DNA of 64,000 nucleotides. Origin: Candidatus Saccharimonadota bacterium (GTDB lineage: Bacteria; Patescibacteriota; Saccharimonadia; Saccharimonadales; JACOTW01). Location of the stretch: positions 472 through 64,471 of the forward strand of contig JACOTW010000003.1 of NCBI GenBank assembly GCA_016178135.1, given 5' to 3'. Below, piece by piece: positions 1 through 8,518 of the stretch. A program made the position numbers and the translations under genes. Under the pieces are notes generated by a model. It ran no database searches. It saw nothing but the letters and a program-made list of their open reading frames with translations, and was not told the DNA's origin. Position 1 is the first letter of the stretch. Every line of letters begins with the position of its first letter.

Positions 1-13
1 GTCAAAGTTTCAA

Positions 14-571
14 GTGGCCGAAGAACTGGCCGCATTGATGGTGTTTTGTTGGCAGCTCGCCCCATCAACAGGCGACCTGAAAATTAATAATCAAAGTGAA
101 CGTGAAATTGCTCAATTAGTCGTAAAGAGCCTGCATGAACAAGCATCAAATGACAGCGACACGGCGCAAATACAATATTCTTGGGCTACGAAGAATGTTA
201 TGCGGACATTAGGTATGGCGATTGTAGCACTTCAAGACAAGGATTATGCGACTAGGGATTTTACGGTCAATTTCAATTCTTTGCTTCACGCGAGCGGTTC
301 AGCCAAGCCAGGAGGCAAGGGGATGATAAGGGGCTCTAATGACGACGAGCACCTACGTAAAATTAACCAATTAGCAGCATGCAAGGGTTGTAGTCCGGAG
401 ATGTTTCAACCGGAAACCGAAGCCTCGCCTATAATAGAAGAAGCAAAAAAAGTATGTAGTGGGTGTGGCGTAAGAGATGATTGCCTGGATTATGCAATTT
501 CACATAATGCAACGGGTATTTGGGGTGGTACAACCGATCAGGAAAGAAAAAACTTGGCAAAAAAACACTAA
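14..571 (+). CDS. WhiB-like (Wbl) Fe-S transcription factor with ~110-aa N-terminal extension; possibly 5'-partial at window edge
   Basis: C-terminus CKGC..(n)..CSGCGVRDDCLDYA...GIWGGTTDQER matches the 4-Cys + G[VI]WGG signature of WhiB family. Confidence 0.65.
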   Translation: MAEELAALMVFCWQLAPSTGDLKINNQSEREIAQLVVKSLHEQASNDSDTAQIQYSWATKNVMRTLGMAIVALQDKDYATRDFTVNFNSLLHASGSAKPGGKGMIRGSNDDEHLRKINQLAACKGCSPEMFQPETEASPIIEEAKKVCSGCGVRDDCLDYAISHNATGIWGGTTDQERKNLAKKH

Positions 572-572
572 A

Positions 573-700
573 TAGGACTTACGCACTTTCTTACCACACC
601 AGACTTAACCTATGTGGCTACAAACGGCCCATGTTCTCTCGGTGTAGCTATGGCTACCCCTCCAGAACCTGAACCGTTTTCGCTCACCCAGCTACACTTT
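573..700. repeat. Degenerate copy of the window-wide MITE-like palindromic repeat (variant subfamily, same as 11376-11520)
   Basis: taggacttacgcac...ggctacaaac...tctcggtgtagctatggctacc...gttttcgctc; aligns by eye with canonical copies and with 11376-11520. Confidence 0.6.
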
Positions 701-704
701 GGCA

Positions 705-733
705 TTGGCAACAAAGTGCGAAAGTCCTATAAA
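705..733 (+). promoter_or_regulatory. Recurring promoter-like box TTGGCA-17nt-TATAAA (core AAAGTGCGAAAGTCCTATA) upstream of leuS
   Basis: Same AAAGTGCGAAAGT(C/T)CTATA(T/A)AA box recurs at ~10897, ~36270(-), ~36411, ~45558; sigma70-like spacing here. Confidence 0.5.
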
Positions 734-771
734 AATAAGTTTACCATGTGATAAGGTGTTATTTGTAAACT

Positions 772-3708
772 ATGAAACGTTATAATCCTAAAGAAATCGA
801 GCCAAAGTGGCAAAAAGTTTGGGAAGATCGAAAGATCTATCAAGCCTCTGAAGATCCAGCTAAGCCTAAACGCTATGTGTTGGAATATTTTCCGTACCCC
901 AGTGGTGCGGCCATGCACGTTGGGCATGTACGCAATTACACCATAGGTGACGTTGTGGCACGTTTTTACCGGATGCGTGGCTACAATGTTATGCATCCGA
1001 TGGGTTGGGATGCATTTGGACTGCCCGCCGAAAATTACGCCATTAAAAACAACATTAGCCCCCAGCAAGCGATAGCCGAGAACACTACCAGGTTTAAGCA
1101 ACAGCTTATGCGGATGGGTTTTAGCTATGATTGGTCGCGCGAAATCAATAGCTCTGACCCCAGTTATTATAAGTGGACGCAGTGGTTTTTCAAGCTGTTG
1201 TTCGATCGCGGGCTGGCGTACCAAAAAGAATCTCCCCAGTGGTGGTGCGAAACGGACAAAACGGTATTGGCAAACGAGCAGGTAGAATCCGGCAAGTGCT
1301 GGCGTTGCGGCAATGAAGTGACCAAAAAATCTCTCAAACAATGGTTTTTCAAGATTACAGATTACGCCGATAGATTAGTAGAAGATTTGGAAGATTTGGA
1401 TTGGTCAGATGCGATCAAATCCATGCAACACAATTGGGTTGGACGGAGCAAGGGTGCCGAGATCACTTTTGCAGTAGAAACTAGCAAGCAGAAAACAGCA
1501 AAGGAAGAAAAAATCATCGTCTTTACGACTCGGGCCGATACTTTGTTTGGGGCAACCTTCATGGTACTAGCCCCCGAGCACCCATTGGTGATGAAAATTG
1601 CGAAAGATTCGCAAAAATCAGAGGTGGAAAAGTACGTTAAACAGGCCCAGGTAAAGAGCGACATTGAACGGCAAGACACTGACCGCGAGAAAACAGGTGT
1701 ATTTACCGGTGCTTATGCAATTAACCCCGCCAACAACGAGAAGATTCCAATCTGGATAGCAGACTATGTATTGTACGGTTACGGTACAGGGGCCATCATG
1801 GCTGTGCCGGCTCATGATGAACGTGACTTTGAGTTCGCCGTGAAGTTTGATCTTCCGATCCGACAGGTATTTATGGAGTCGGGAGATGACCCGGTCAATC
1901 CACCGCAAGAAAAATTCAAGATGATCAAACGCAAAACAGTTGTTGTCCACCTGAGAGATCGTTCATCCGGCAAGTATGCGTTGCTTAATTGGCACGGGAC
2001 ATTAGAGGGTATCACAACGGCGATAATGGGAGGTATTGATGAGGGCGAGACGGCAGAAAATGCCGCGCTGAGGGAGATATCAGAAGAAGCAGGGATACAT
2101 AATGCCAAGATTGTAAAAACTGCCAGATGGATAAGCGCAGCCACCTACTGTGCATCGCACAAACAAGTAAATAGAAAATCAATTTCTACGGCTGTCTTAG
2201 CAGAAGTCGATAACTTGTCAAAACAGACCGAGGTAGCTGATTATGAAAAAAAGACCCATACCCTCATCTGGGTTACAGGTGATGCCGTAGAAGAATCGCT
2301 AATACCGATTAACCAAAAGCAAATCTGGAGTTATTTACAAAACGAGACCGCACTAACAGGTGAAGGTGAAGTCATTAACTCAGGAGAGTATGATGGTCTA
2401 TTGACATCAGATATGCGGGAAAAGATCGTGGCTGATTTGGCCAAGAAAAAAGTCGGCAAGGAAGTCGTCAATTACAAAATGCGCGATTGGCTCATTAGTC
2501 GGCAACGGTATTGGGGGGCACCAATTCCTATCATTCATTGCCCTAAAGATGGTGCCGTGGCGGTGCCAGACGATCAGTTACCGGTGGAACTGCCAGAGGT
2601 CAAGAGCTATCAGCCGACTGGCGAGGGGGCTAGCGTGCTGGCTGGCGTGGAGGAATGGGTCAATACAACTTGTCCTAAATGTGGCGAACCAGCCAAAAGA
2701 GAAACAGACACCATGGACGGTTTTGCTTGCTCCAGCTGGTATTTCCTGCGTTTTGCCGATCCGCATAATGATGTAGAGCCATTTAGCCCCCAAAAAGCCA
2801 AGTTTTGGTTGCCGGTAGATGATTACATCGGTGGAGCCGAACACGCCGTGATGCATTTGCTGTATGCTCGTATGTGGACCAAGGTTATGTATGATGCTGG
2901 ACTTGTAGAATTCAAAGAACCGTTTACGGCACTCCGCAACCAAGGTATGATTTTAGCTCCTGATGGTCAAAAGATGAGCAAGTCCAAGGGTAATACTATT
3001 GAGCCAGATGAGTTATTAGATCAAGGTTATGGTGCGGATTCGGTGCGTCTCATGGAACTTTTTATAGGCCCATGGGATCAATCAGCAGCCTGGAGCGTTA
3101 AAGGTTTGGGCGGTACGTATCGTTTTTTGAATCGTGTGTGGACTATCTGTCAAGAGCATATGACAGAAGTTACTAAGCTAGAAACTGAAGATCAAACTCA
3201 AAAAGTAGAAAATCAGGATATTAGCAAAGAATTGCGACGGGCTGTTCATCAGGCAATTAAGCGGGTTAGTGTAGACTTGCACGATATGGGCTTCAATACG
3301 TCTATAGCTACGCTTATGGAATTGACTAACGAGCTATATAAACTTAAAAGAAGCTATCCGGTAGGTTCGGCTGAATGGCACGATGCTTTAAGTATTTTGT
3401 TGCAATTGTTGGCACCGTTCGCACCCCACATTACCGAGGAATTATGGCAACAGTTAGGTGGACAAACATCGATACATACCAGCTCGTGGCCATTATGGGA
3501 CGATGCCCTGTTGGTGAATAACATCATGAAAATTATTGTGCAGATCAATGGTAAGTTACGGGCTGAAATCCATATTGCCACTGGTGCAAGTGAGATACAA
3601 GTTCTAGATACCGCTAAGGCTAACGAACGAGTAGCAAGCTATCTTCAGGATCACAAAATCAAGAAATCTATATATGTACCAAATAGACTAGTGAATTTTG
3701 TAGTCTAG
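772..3708 (+). CDS. leuS: Leucyl-tRNA synthetase, 978 aa, carrying an extra Nudix-fold insertion
   Basis: N-terminal HMGH class-I motif region (PYPSGAAMHVGHVRNYTIGDV), KMSKS (QKMSKSKGN), overall LeuRS architecture. Confidence 0.95.
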   Translation: MKRYNPKEIEPKWQKVWEDRKIYQASEDPAKPKRYVLEYFPYPSGAAMHVGHVRNYTIGDVVARFYRMRGYNVMHPMGWDAFGLPAENYAIKNNISPQQAIAENTTRFKQQLMRMGFSYDWSREINSSDPSYYKWTQWFFKLLFDRGLAYQKESPQWWCETDKTVLANEQVESGKCWRCGNEVTKKSLKQWFFKITDYADRLVEDLEDLDWSDAIKSMQHNWVGRSKGAEITFAVETSKQKTAKEEKIIVFTTRADTLFGATFMVLAPEHPLVMKIAKDSQKSEVEKYVKQAQVKSDIERQDTDREKTGVFTGAYAINPANNEKIPIWIADYVLYGYGTGAIMAVPAHDERDFEFAVKFDLPIRQVFMESGDDPVNPPQEKFKMIKRKTVVVHLRDRSSGKYALLNWHGTLEGITTAIMGGIDEGETAENAALREISEEAGIHNAKIVKTARWISAATYCASHKQVNRKSISTAVLAEVDNLSKQTEVADYEKKTHTLIWVTGDAVEESLIPINQKQIWSYLQNETALTGEGEVINSGEYDGLLTSDMREKIVADLAKKKVGKEVVNYKMRDWLISRQRYWGAPIPIIHCPKDGAVAVPDDQLPVELPEVKSYQPTGEGASVLAGVEEWVNTTCPKCGEPAKRETDTMDGFACSSWYFLRFADPHNDVEPFSPQKAKFWLPVDDYIGGAEHAVMHLLYARMWTKVMYDAGLVEFKEPFTALRNQGMILAPDGQKMSKSKGNTIEPDELLDQGYGADSVRLMELFIGPWDQSAAWSVKGLGGTYRFLNRVWTICQEHMTEVTKLETEDQTQKVENQDISKELRRAVHQAIKRVSVDLHDMGFNTSIATLMELTNELYKLKRSYPVGSAEWHDALSILLQLLAPFAPHITEELWQQLGGQTSIHTSSWPLWDDALLVNNIMKIIVQINGKLRAEIHIATGASEIQVLDTAKANERVASYLQDHKIKKSIYVPNRLVNFVV
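1867..2400 (+). other. Nudix hydrolase domain inserted in-frame inside leuS (after the CP1/editing region AHDERDFEFAVKFDLPIRQV)
   Basis: Perfect Nudix box GGIDEGETAENAALREISEEAGI (GX5EX7REUXEEXGU); segment ~130 aa longer than the equivalent E. coli LeuRS linker. Confidence 0.7.
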
Positions 3709-3796
3709 TTCAGTAATTTTGTCGTTCTGGAGTTCTGGTTGAGTTTTTGGTCAAAATCAGCTAAACTTATCCTAAGTATATAGGAGTATTGTTTTC

Positions 3797-3940
3797 ATGG
3801 GTAAACCAAAAAAACGCACTAGCCCCCGCCGAACAGGTATGCGCCGTAGTCATTTAGTACTGGAATTGGCTCGTGCGGTTAATGCCAAATCACCAGTAAA
3901 AGTTCGCACCACTAAACGCGAAACAGGCAAAAATATATAG
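3797..3940 (+). CDS. rpmF: 50S ribosomal protein L32 (47 aa), missed by ORF track
   Basis: MGKPKKRTSPRRTGMRRSHLVL: RRxxMRRSH motif typical of L32; AGGAG RBS at 3783-3787. Confidence 0.7.
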   Translation: MGKPKKRTSPRRTGMRRSHLVLELARAVNAKSPVKVRTTKRETGKNI

Positions 3941-3999
3941 TTTCTAAGTTTGAAAATACTATATACTGGTAGTAGTTACTAAAAGAAAGACTTAACAAC

Positions 4000-4473
4000 G
4001 TGGCATCTAATCGTCATCTTGGCCGTATAATTGCACTTCAGACGCTCTATGAACAGGATTTTCGCAGTGAATGCGAAGATAAGGGCTTTAATCTGGTCGC
4101 GGTGCTTGAACGCAATATTGGCAGGTATCGTGATATGCTTGACGGTGGTGATTTTACTGAAAGTCTGGTTAATGGTGTCAACGCGAAAGAAGTCGAATTA
4201 AATAAGTTGCTTAAGCCCATAGCCCCAGAAAGACCAATTGATCAGATTGCTCGCATGGACCTTATAGTATTGCACATTGGCGTTTACGAACTTCTATACG
4301 AACAAGGTACACCGCCAAAAGTGGTTATTAATGAGGCAGTTGAGCTGGCAAAATCTTTTGGCGGAGATAATTCTTCAAAATTTATCAACGGCGTATTAGG
4401 TACGCTGCTAAAACAAATAGAAGCCACTAAATCTACACCCAAATCAGTTAAAATTAAGAAAGACAATAAATGA
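4000..4473 (+). CDS. nusB: Transcription antitermination factor NusB
   Basis: IALQTLYE..., C-terminal [13 protein letters not shown] motif typical of NusB. Confidence 0.85.
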   Translation: MASNRHLGRIIALQTLYEQDFRSECEDKGFNLVAVLERNIGRYRDMLDGGDFTESLVNGVNAKEVELNKLLKPIAPERPIDQIARMDLIVLHIGVYELLYEQGTPPKVVINEAVELAKSFGGDNSSKFINGVLGTLLKQIEATKSTPKSVKIKKDNK

Positions 4474-4486
4474 ACACTAATACTCT

Positions 4487-4646
4487 ACTGGACTTACGCA
4501 AAGCTCCCTCATCCCCAGACCAACTAACCTCGGCTACAAACAGTTTTTCCTCTCTCGATGTACCTTCAGGTACCTCTCCTTCAGATAAAACTGTTTTCGC
4601 TCGAGCTGATTCGCCCTGGGAACGGGGGATTTTGCATAAGTCCAGT
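4487..4646. repeat. MITE-like palindromic repeat, canonical copy (orientation B)
   Basis: ctggacttacgcaaagctccc..ccccagaccaac...ctctcgatgtaccttcaggtacctctccttcag...gctcgagctga..cctgggaacggg..ttttgcataagtccagt; terminal inverted repeats and central hairpin. Confidence 0.9.
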
Positions 4647-4735
4647 TTAGAATCATATAAACTGGATCAGATTCGACACACTATTCATAATACATATTAC
4701 GCAAGACACTCTAGGCAAGCGCTCGAGGTACAATC

Positions 4736-5233
4736 ATGAAACGACCAAAGCCAATCCAAGGTTTTAAAAAATTTGTTACTGACCGTAAACCAGTAATTAA
4801 CGAGGTAGTTCGTGAACCAACCGCCGGTGGAGTGATTTTTAGACATAATGATAAAAATGAAATCGAAATTCTACTTATTCAAGATGCCAGAAATCGCTGG
4901 ACCATTCCAAAAGGTCATATTGAAGAAGGCGAATCAGCGAAGCAGACTGCTGAAAGGGAAATTCGCGAAGAGACAGGCTTGGAGGAAGTGAAGATTTTGA
5001 GCTGGCTTGGTAAAATTAATTTTCGCTACCGTCGTCAACAAAGCCTGGTGCTTATGACAACCGAAATTTTTCTAGTAAAGGCTCTTAACAGGACCGATAA
5101 AATAAAGCCTGAAGATTGGATGAACGATATTAAATGGTTCACGGCAACCGAGGCGCTTGATAAAATTGAATATGATGATATAGGCAAGTTGATGTTGTTA
5201 GGACTAAAAAAGATTAGACAGGACAAGTTTTAA
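4736..5233 (+). CDS. Nudix hydrolase (MutT family)
   Basis: Nudix box GHIEEGESAKQTAEREIREETGL. Confidence 0.85.
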   Translation: MKRPKPIQGFKKFVTDRKPVINEVVREPTAGGVIFRHNDKNEIEILLIQDARNRWTIPKGHIEEGESAKQTAEREIREETGLEEVKILSWLGKINFRYRRQQSLVLMTTEIFLVKALNRTDKIKPEDWMNDIKWFTATEALDKIEYDDIGKLMLLGLKKIRQDKF

Positions 5234-5234
5234 G

Positions 5235-5930
5235 ATGCAAGAAGCTTCCGTGTACTTAGCCTTTGCCAGAGACAAACTGGGAGTTACTTTTAATAATATT
5301 GAACTTTTGATTACGGCTTTTACGCACCGATCTTATGTCAATGAGCATCGTAAAACGGTTAAAGAGCATAATGAACGTTTGGAGTTTTTGGGTGATGCCG
5401 TACTCGAGCTGGTGGTTACGGAATATCTTTTTAATAATTTTATTGATCCAGAAGGTACACTTACGAATTGGCGCAGTGCGCTTGTTCGTACGGAGAGTAT
5501 TAGTGCTGCCGCTACTCGTCATGAGTTCGAGCCATTACTGCGCCTAAGTCGTGGTGAAAAAAGGGGTACATCACGTGCTCGAGCACAAATCCTAGCCAAT
5601 TGTTACGAATCCGTTATTGGAGCCATTTATATTGATCAGGGTTATGAGGCGGCGAAACGGTTTATAAAAGATAGTCTGTTGACGACATTCAAAGACATAC
5701 TAGAGACTGGTTCATGGATGGATCCAAAGTCTCATTTGCAAGAATTAGCTCAAAGCCAAGAAAATGCCACGCCAGTTTATAAGGTGCTTGAAGAAGAGGG
5801 GCCTGATCACGAGAAATTGTTTTCAGTTGGTGTATATGTTGATGGTAAGCTAAAGGGCGAGGGCCAAGGCCCCAGTAAACAAGCGGGGCAGGTTGCCGCC
5901 GCCGAAGCCGCCCTATTGACTTATAAATAA
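5235..5930 (+). CDS. rnc: Ribonuclease III
   Basis: RNase III signature ERLEFLGDAVLELVV plus C-terminal dsRBD-like region. Confidence 0.9.
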   Translation: MQEASVYLAFARDKLGVTFNNIELLITAFTHRSYVNEHRKTVKEHNERLEFLGDAVLELVVTEYLFNNFIDPEGTLTNWRSALVRTESISAAATRHEFEPLLRLSRGEKRGTSRARAQILANCYESVIGAIYIDQGYEAAKRFIKDSLLTTFKDILETGSWMDPKSHLQELAQSQENATPVYKVLEEEGPDHEKLFSVGVYVDGKLKGEGQGPSKQAGQVAAAEAALLTYK

Positions 5931-5961
5931 ACATTTTGATGCACGCCTCCGGCTCGCTTGA

Positions 5962-5991
5962 GACCTACTTTTACCAGCAGCAGTAAAAGTA
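5962..5991 (+). terminator. Stem-loop (cctacttttac/gtaaaagtagg) just after rnc; weak T-run, so terminator role uncertain
   Basis: 10-11 bp inverted repeat with 9-nt loop 30 nt downstream of rnc stop. Confidence 0.3.
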
Positions 5992-6206
5992 GGCAAAAAT
6001 GCCGCAGCTGCCGTCAGTTCTTGATGACTTCACAGTCAAAGCGCACAATGCTCGGAGAACTCACCATTTCTTTTATTACTTTAAGATGAGAAATAGCTTA
6101 ACAACTCCTCGCATCTAATTGTGCTTTTGACATTCAGGCTTCAGGAACTTACGGATGCTGGGGGAGGCCATGGAATGCGCTCCTGCTGAGCGCGCATTAG
6201 TAATTA

Positions 6207-6365
6207 ACTCGACTTACGCAAAACTCCTCCATCCCCAGATCGAATTCTATCGGCTGCAAACAGTTTTTCTGTCCTCGATGTAGCCACAGCTACCTCTCCG
6301 CCAGATAAAACTGTTTTCGCTCGAGATAATTCACTCTGAGAACGGACGATTTTGCGTAAGTCGAG
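6207..6365. repeat. MITE-like palindromic repeat (orientation B, 'ctcgac/gatcgaattctatcggctgcaaacag' subfamily)
   Basis: actcgacttacgcaaaactcctccatccccagatcgaa...gatgtagccacagctacctc...ctgagaacggacgattttgcgtaagtcgagt. Confidence 0.9.
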
Positions 6366-6372
6366 TTAATAC

Positions 6373-7218
6373 TTATTTCATTAATAACAGCCCAATCAGG
6401 GCAATGAGACAACCAAGTATTTTGCGCTTTATGTGGTCTCGCTCGTTTAACCAGAGGGCTGCGGCCCCAAAAATAACCACAATCTTGAAAGTTGTAACTG
6501 CCGAAACAATACTCAAGTTGCCCACAATATTTAATAGCGTTACCCAGGAGATGGCTTGTAAAAACTTTAATCCGCCAGTCACCAGGGTATCTTTTCGGTT
6601 GTAAGTGGAATGGCTGCGAGTCAACAAGGTTATAAATCCCAACCCCAAGCATTGTGACCACCAGCTCAACAAGGTTCCTGCAGTAAAACCGGTTGTTTTC
6701 ATAAGTGCGCGCTCAGCGCTCAAAAGTATTCCAAGCAGAACTCCACTTGCCAACATCATTAAAAAGTATTTATCAAACTTGAAACGGCCAAGCTGGTGGT
6801 TTTTGGATACAATAATAACAGATGCAAGTAGTAGAGTCGTTCCAATGACTTGCAAAGGCGTTAGACCTTCACCTAGGAATAGCGTAGCAATGATAATGGT
6901 AACTGGCGTGTAGATATTGACAATTATGTTGGTCACAGTGGCATCTACGTGTCGCTGAGCAGTGTAGTTGGTAATAAAGTACGCTGAACCAGCACCCGCG
7001 CAAGTCAAAGCTAATAAAACCAAATGGGCCGTGTTGCCATGAATCCGAAAAGGCGAGAATAATGGCAACATCAAGCCGAGAACGGCAATTATAAGAGTGG
7101 TATGAAATGCAAAGGAAATTTGGTTGTCCTGTTCGCGTTTGGTTGCCAGCCAGCGCCTTTGCAACGGAGAAGCCGAAGCGGCAACAAAATAAAAAAGGTA
7201 GGCGAACAGAGTCATCAT
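6373..7218 (-). CDS. EamA/DMT-superfamily membrane transporter (10-TM)
   Basis: Two-repeat hydrophobic architecture; LFLGEGLTPLQVIGTTLLLASVII-type EamA helix motifs. Confidence 0.55.
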   Translation of the reverse strand: MMTLFAYLFYFVAASASPLQRRWLATKREQDNQISFAFHTTLIIAVLGLMLPLFSPFRIHGNTAHLVLLALTCAGAGSAYFITNYTAQRHVDATVTNIIVNIYTPVTIIIATLFLGEGLTPLQVIGTTLLLASVIIVSKNHQLGRFKFDKYFLMMLASGVLLGILLSAERALMKTTGFTAGTLLSWWSQCLGLGFITLLTRSHSTYNRKDTLVTGGLKFLQAISWVTLLNIVGNLSIVSAVTTFKIVVIFGAAALWLNERDHIKRKILGCLIALIGLLLMK

Positions 7219-7231
7219 ATGAGCTTAGTAT

Positions 7232-7391
7232 ACTGGACCTGTCGCAAAATCGCCCGTTCCCAGGCTAAATCAGCTCGAGCTGGGAGTAGTTTGACCGAAG
7301 GAGAGGTAGCCATAGCTACATCGAGAGAAGACAGACCACTATCAGTCGATACCAGTTGGTCTGGGGATGGGGGAGCTTTGCATAAGTCCAG
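7232..7391. repeat. MITE-like palindromic repeat (orientation A), abutting the start of the 6373-7218 gene
   Basis: actggacctgtcgcaaaatcgcccgttcccaggc...ctgaaggagaggtagccatagctacatcgagagaag...ctggggatgggggagctttgcataagtccag. Confidence 0.9.
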
Positions 7392-7434
7392 CTGACATTG
7401 CGGGATAACTTGTGGGCTTTTTTGGGATTTTTTG

Positions 7435-7463
7435 TTGACAACAGGGGTGATTATCTGTAGAAT
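7435..7463 (+). promoter_or_regulatory. Sigma70-like promoter for rpsP: TTGACA-17-TAGAAT
   Basis: ttgaca acaggggtgattatctg tagaat ~40 nt upstream of rpsP ATG; RBS gggaaggaaa. Confidence 0.55.
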
Positions 7464-7504
7464 TACTTGGTTATCAATTAATTTTTAACAGGGAAGGAAA
7501 TTGA

Positions 7505-7942
7505 ATGTTAGTCATTCGTATGCAGCGTACTGGCCGTAAGGGTTACGCTCAATTCCGCGTTGTAGTCCAAGACTCGCGCCGGACCCCTACTAGTGGGCGG
7601 GTTGTAGCTTTGCTCGGAAGTCTTAATCCGCACACTAAACAGGCAATTATCAATAAAGAAAAAGCCGTTTTTTATATGGAACATGGTGCTCAGCCTTCAG
7701 ATAGAGTTGTTCAGCTTTTTCAGGCAGAGGGCATAAAATTGCCCGAATGGGTTAAGGCTGCAACTATCAAAAAACGTGAAATTCGTAACTCTGAAAAATT
7801 ACGCAAAAATCGTCCAGCCGAACCGGAAAAAGAGACCTCTAGTGATCAGTCAGCTAATAAATCGGAAGAAGTTAAATCAGACGCTGTTGAGATTGAAGCC
7901 GAAGATCAATCTACCGATACACCAGCTTCCAAACCCGAATAG
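7505..7942 (+). CDS. rpsP: 30S ribosomal protein S16 with acidic/Lys-rich C-terminal extension
   Basis: MLVIRMQRTGRKGYAQFRVVVQDSRRTPTSGRVVALLGSLNP matches S16 N-terminus. Confidence 0.9.
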   Translation: MLVIRMQRTGRKGYAQFRVVVQDSRRTPTSGRVVALLGSLNPHTKQAIINKEKAVFYMEHGAQPSDRVVQLFQAEGIKLPEWVKAATIKKREIRNSEKLRKNRPAEPEKETSSDQSANKSEEVKSDAVEIEAEDQSTDTPASKPE

Positions 7943-7972
7943 CCCACAATCATCATTCCACCATTCCAGCAT

Positions 7973-7997
7973 CATTCCAGGGGTACCCCCTGGAATG
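7973..7997. other. Perfect 11-bp-stem hairpin CATTCCAGGGG-TAC-CCCCTGGAATG immediately after rpsP
   Basis: Exact inverted repeat read directly; no downstream T-run. Confidence 0.5.
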
Positions 7998-8024
7998 ATG
8001 TAATGGTTGTGGTATGAAGTCTTA

Positions 8025-8065
8025 CTGGACCTGTCGCAAAACTCCCTCGTTCCCAGAGTGATTTT
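8025..8065. repeat. Solo terminal fragment of the MITE family
   Basis: tactggacctgtcgcaaaactccctcgttcccagag then breaks off. Confidence 0.6.
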
Positions 8066-8069
8066 ATAT

Positions 8070-8404
8070 TGACTGGACCTGTCGCAAAGCTCCCCCATCC
8101 CCAGACCAACTAATCTCGGCTGGTAGCGGTCTGTCTTCTCTCGATGTAGCAAAGAGCTAATTAACATCTATCTATCGGCTAAAATCTTCAGGTCTGCCAC
8201 TTTTATTCTGTTTTTTGTTTTCGGTTCGTACCGATAGGTACGACCAAAAGCCAAGAAAACAGAATAAAAATCATGCCAGCTGCTAAAGATTCGCTATCAA
8301 CGGATAGATGTTAATTAGCTCTAAGGCTACCTCTCCTTCAGGCAAACCATTCCCAAATCGAGCTGATTTAGCCTGGGAACGGGCGATTTTGCGACAGGTC
8401 CAGT
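8070..8404. repeat. MITE-like repeat (orientation B) interrupted by a nested ~170-bp palindromic insertion in its central loop
   Basis: Left part 8070-8150 and right part 8321-8404 together reconstitute a canonical copy (…gatgtagc | … | aaggctacctctccttcag…). Confidence 0.85.
8151..8320. repeat. Nested palindromic element with perfect 18-bp terminal inverted repeats (agctaattaacatctatc / gatagatgttaattagct) and imperfect long internal hairpin
   Basis: Terminal IRs exact; internal ttttattctgtttt...aaaacagaataaaa arms. Confidence 0.75.
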
Positions 8405-8447
8405 TGAGGCCAATAAATTAAAGAGACAATTTTGCATTATAACGTAC

Positions 8448-8479
8448 TTGACCAAAACCCTCGGGGGGGGGGGTAAACT
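8448..8479 (+). promoter_or_regulatory. Putative promoter with 11-G homopolymeric tract (8463-8473) between -35-like TTGACC and -10-like TAAACT: candidate slipped-strand phase-variation switch
   Basis: ttgacc aaaaccctc G11 t aaactc; spacer 20 nt as written, would be optimal (17) with G8; ~45 nt upstream of ATG 8519. Confidence 0.4.
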
Positions 8480-8518
8480 CACATATAAAGGATAAGCATA
8501 AAAAGGAATACATAGCTC

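Noticed and set aside
727-3581. Minus-strand and alternative-frame ORFs overlapping leuS (727-1341, 1167-1352, 1362-1679, 1618-1950, 1812-2144, 2578-2943, 2610-2801, 3354-3581)
   Set aside because: They are fully embedded antisense or out of frame within a well-supported LeuRS gene and have no motifs. They are spurious shadow ORFs. The same logic applies to similar short ORFs embedded in cyoB, pheT, uvrB, gap and tkt.
4470-4739. Small ORFs 4470-4739, 7102-7395, 12941-13186, 13821-14009, 24606-24839 and 60682-61104, each with a similar peptide (…SPDQL…FSSLDV…TSPSDKTVFARADS…WER… or …ARSQGKSA…TEGEVA…ATSRED…)
   Set aside because: These are simply translations of individual MITE copies in their stop-free frames, not an independent protein family. 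They are reported as repeats instead.
5931-6206. SRP RNA, tmRNA or RNase P RNA in the rnc-downstream spacer
   Set aside because: I could not find the conserved SRP domain-IV motif, a tmRNA tRNA-like 3' end (…GGTTCGATTCC…CCA) with tag ORF, or RNase P P4 motifs. It is left as an unclassified structured region.
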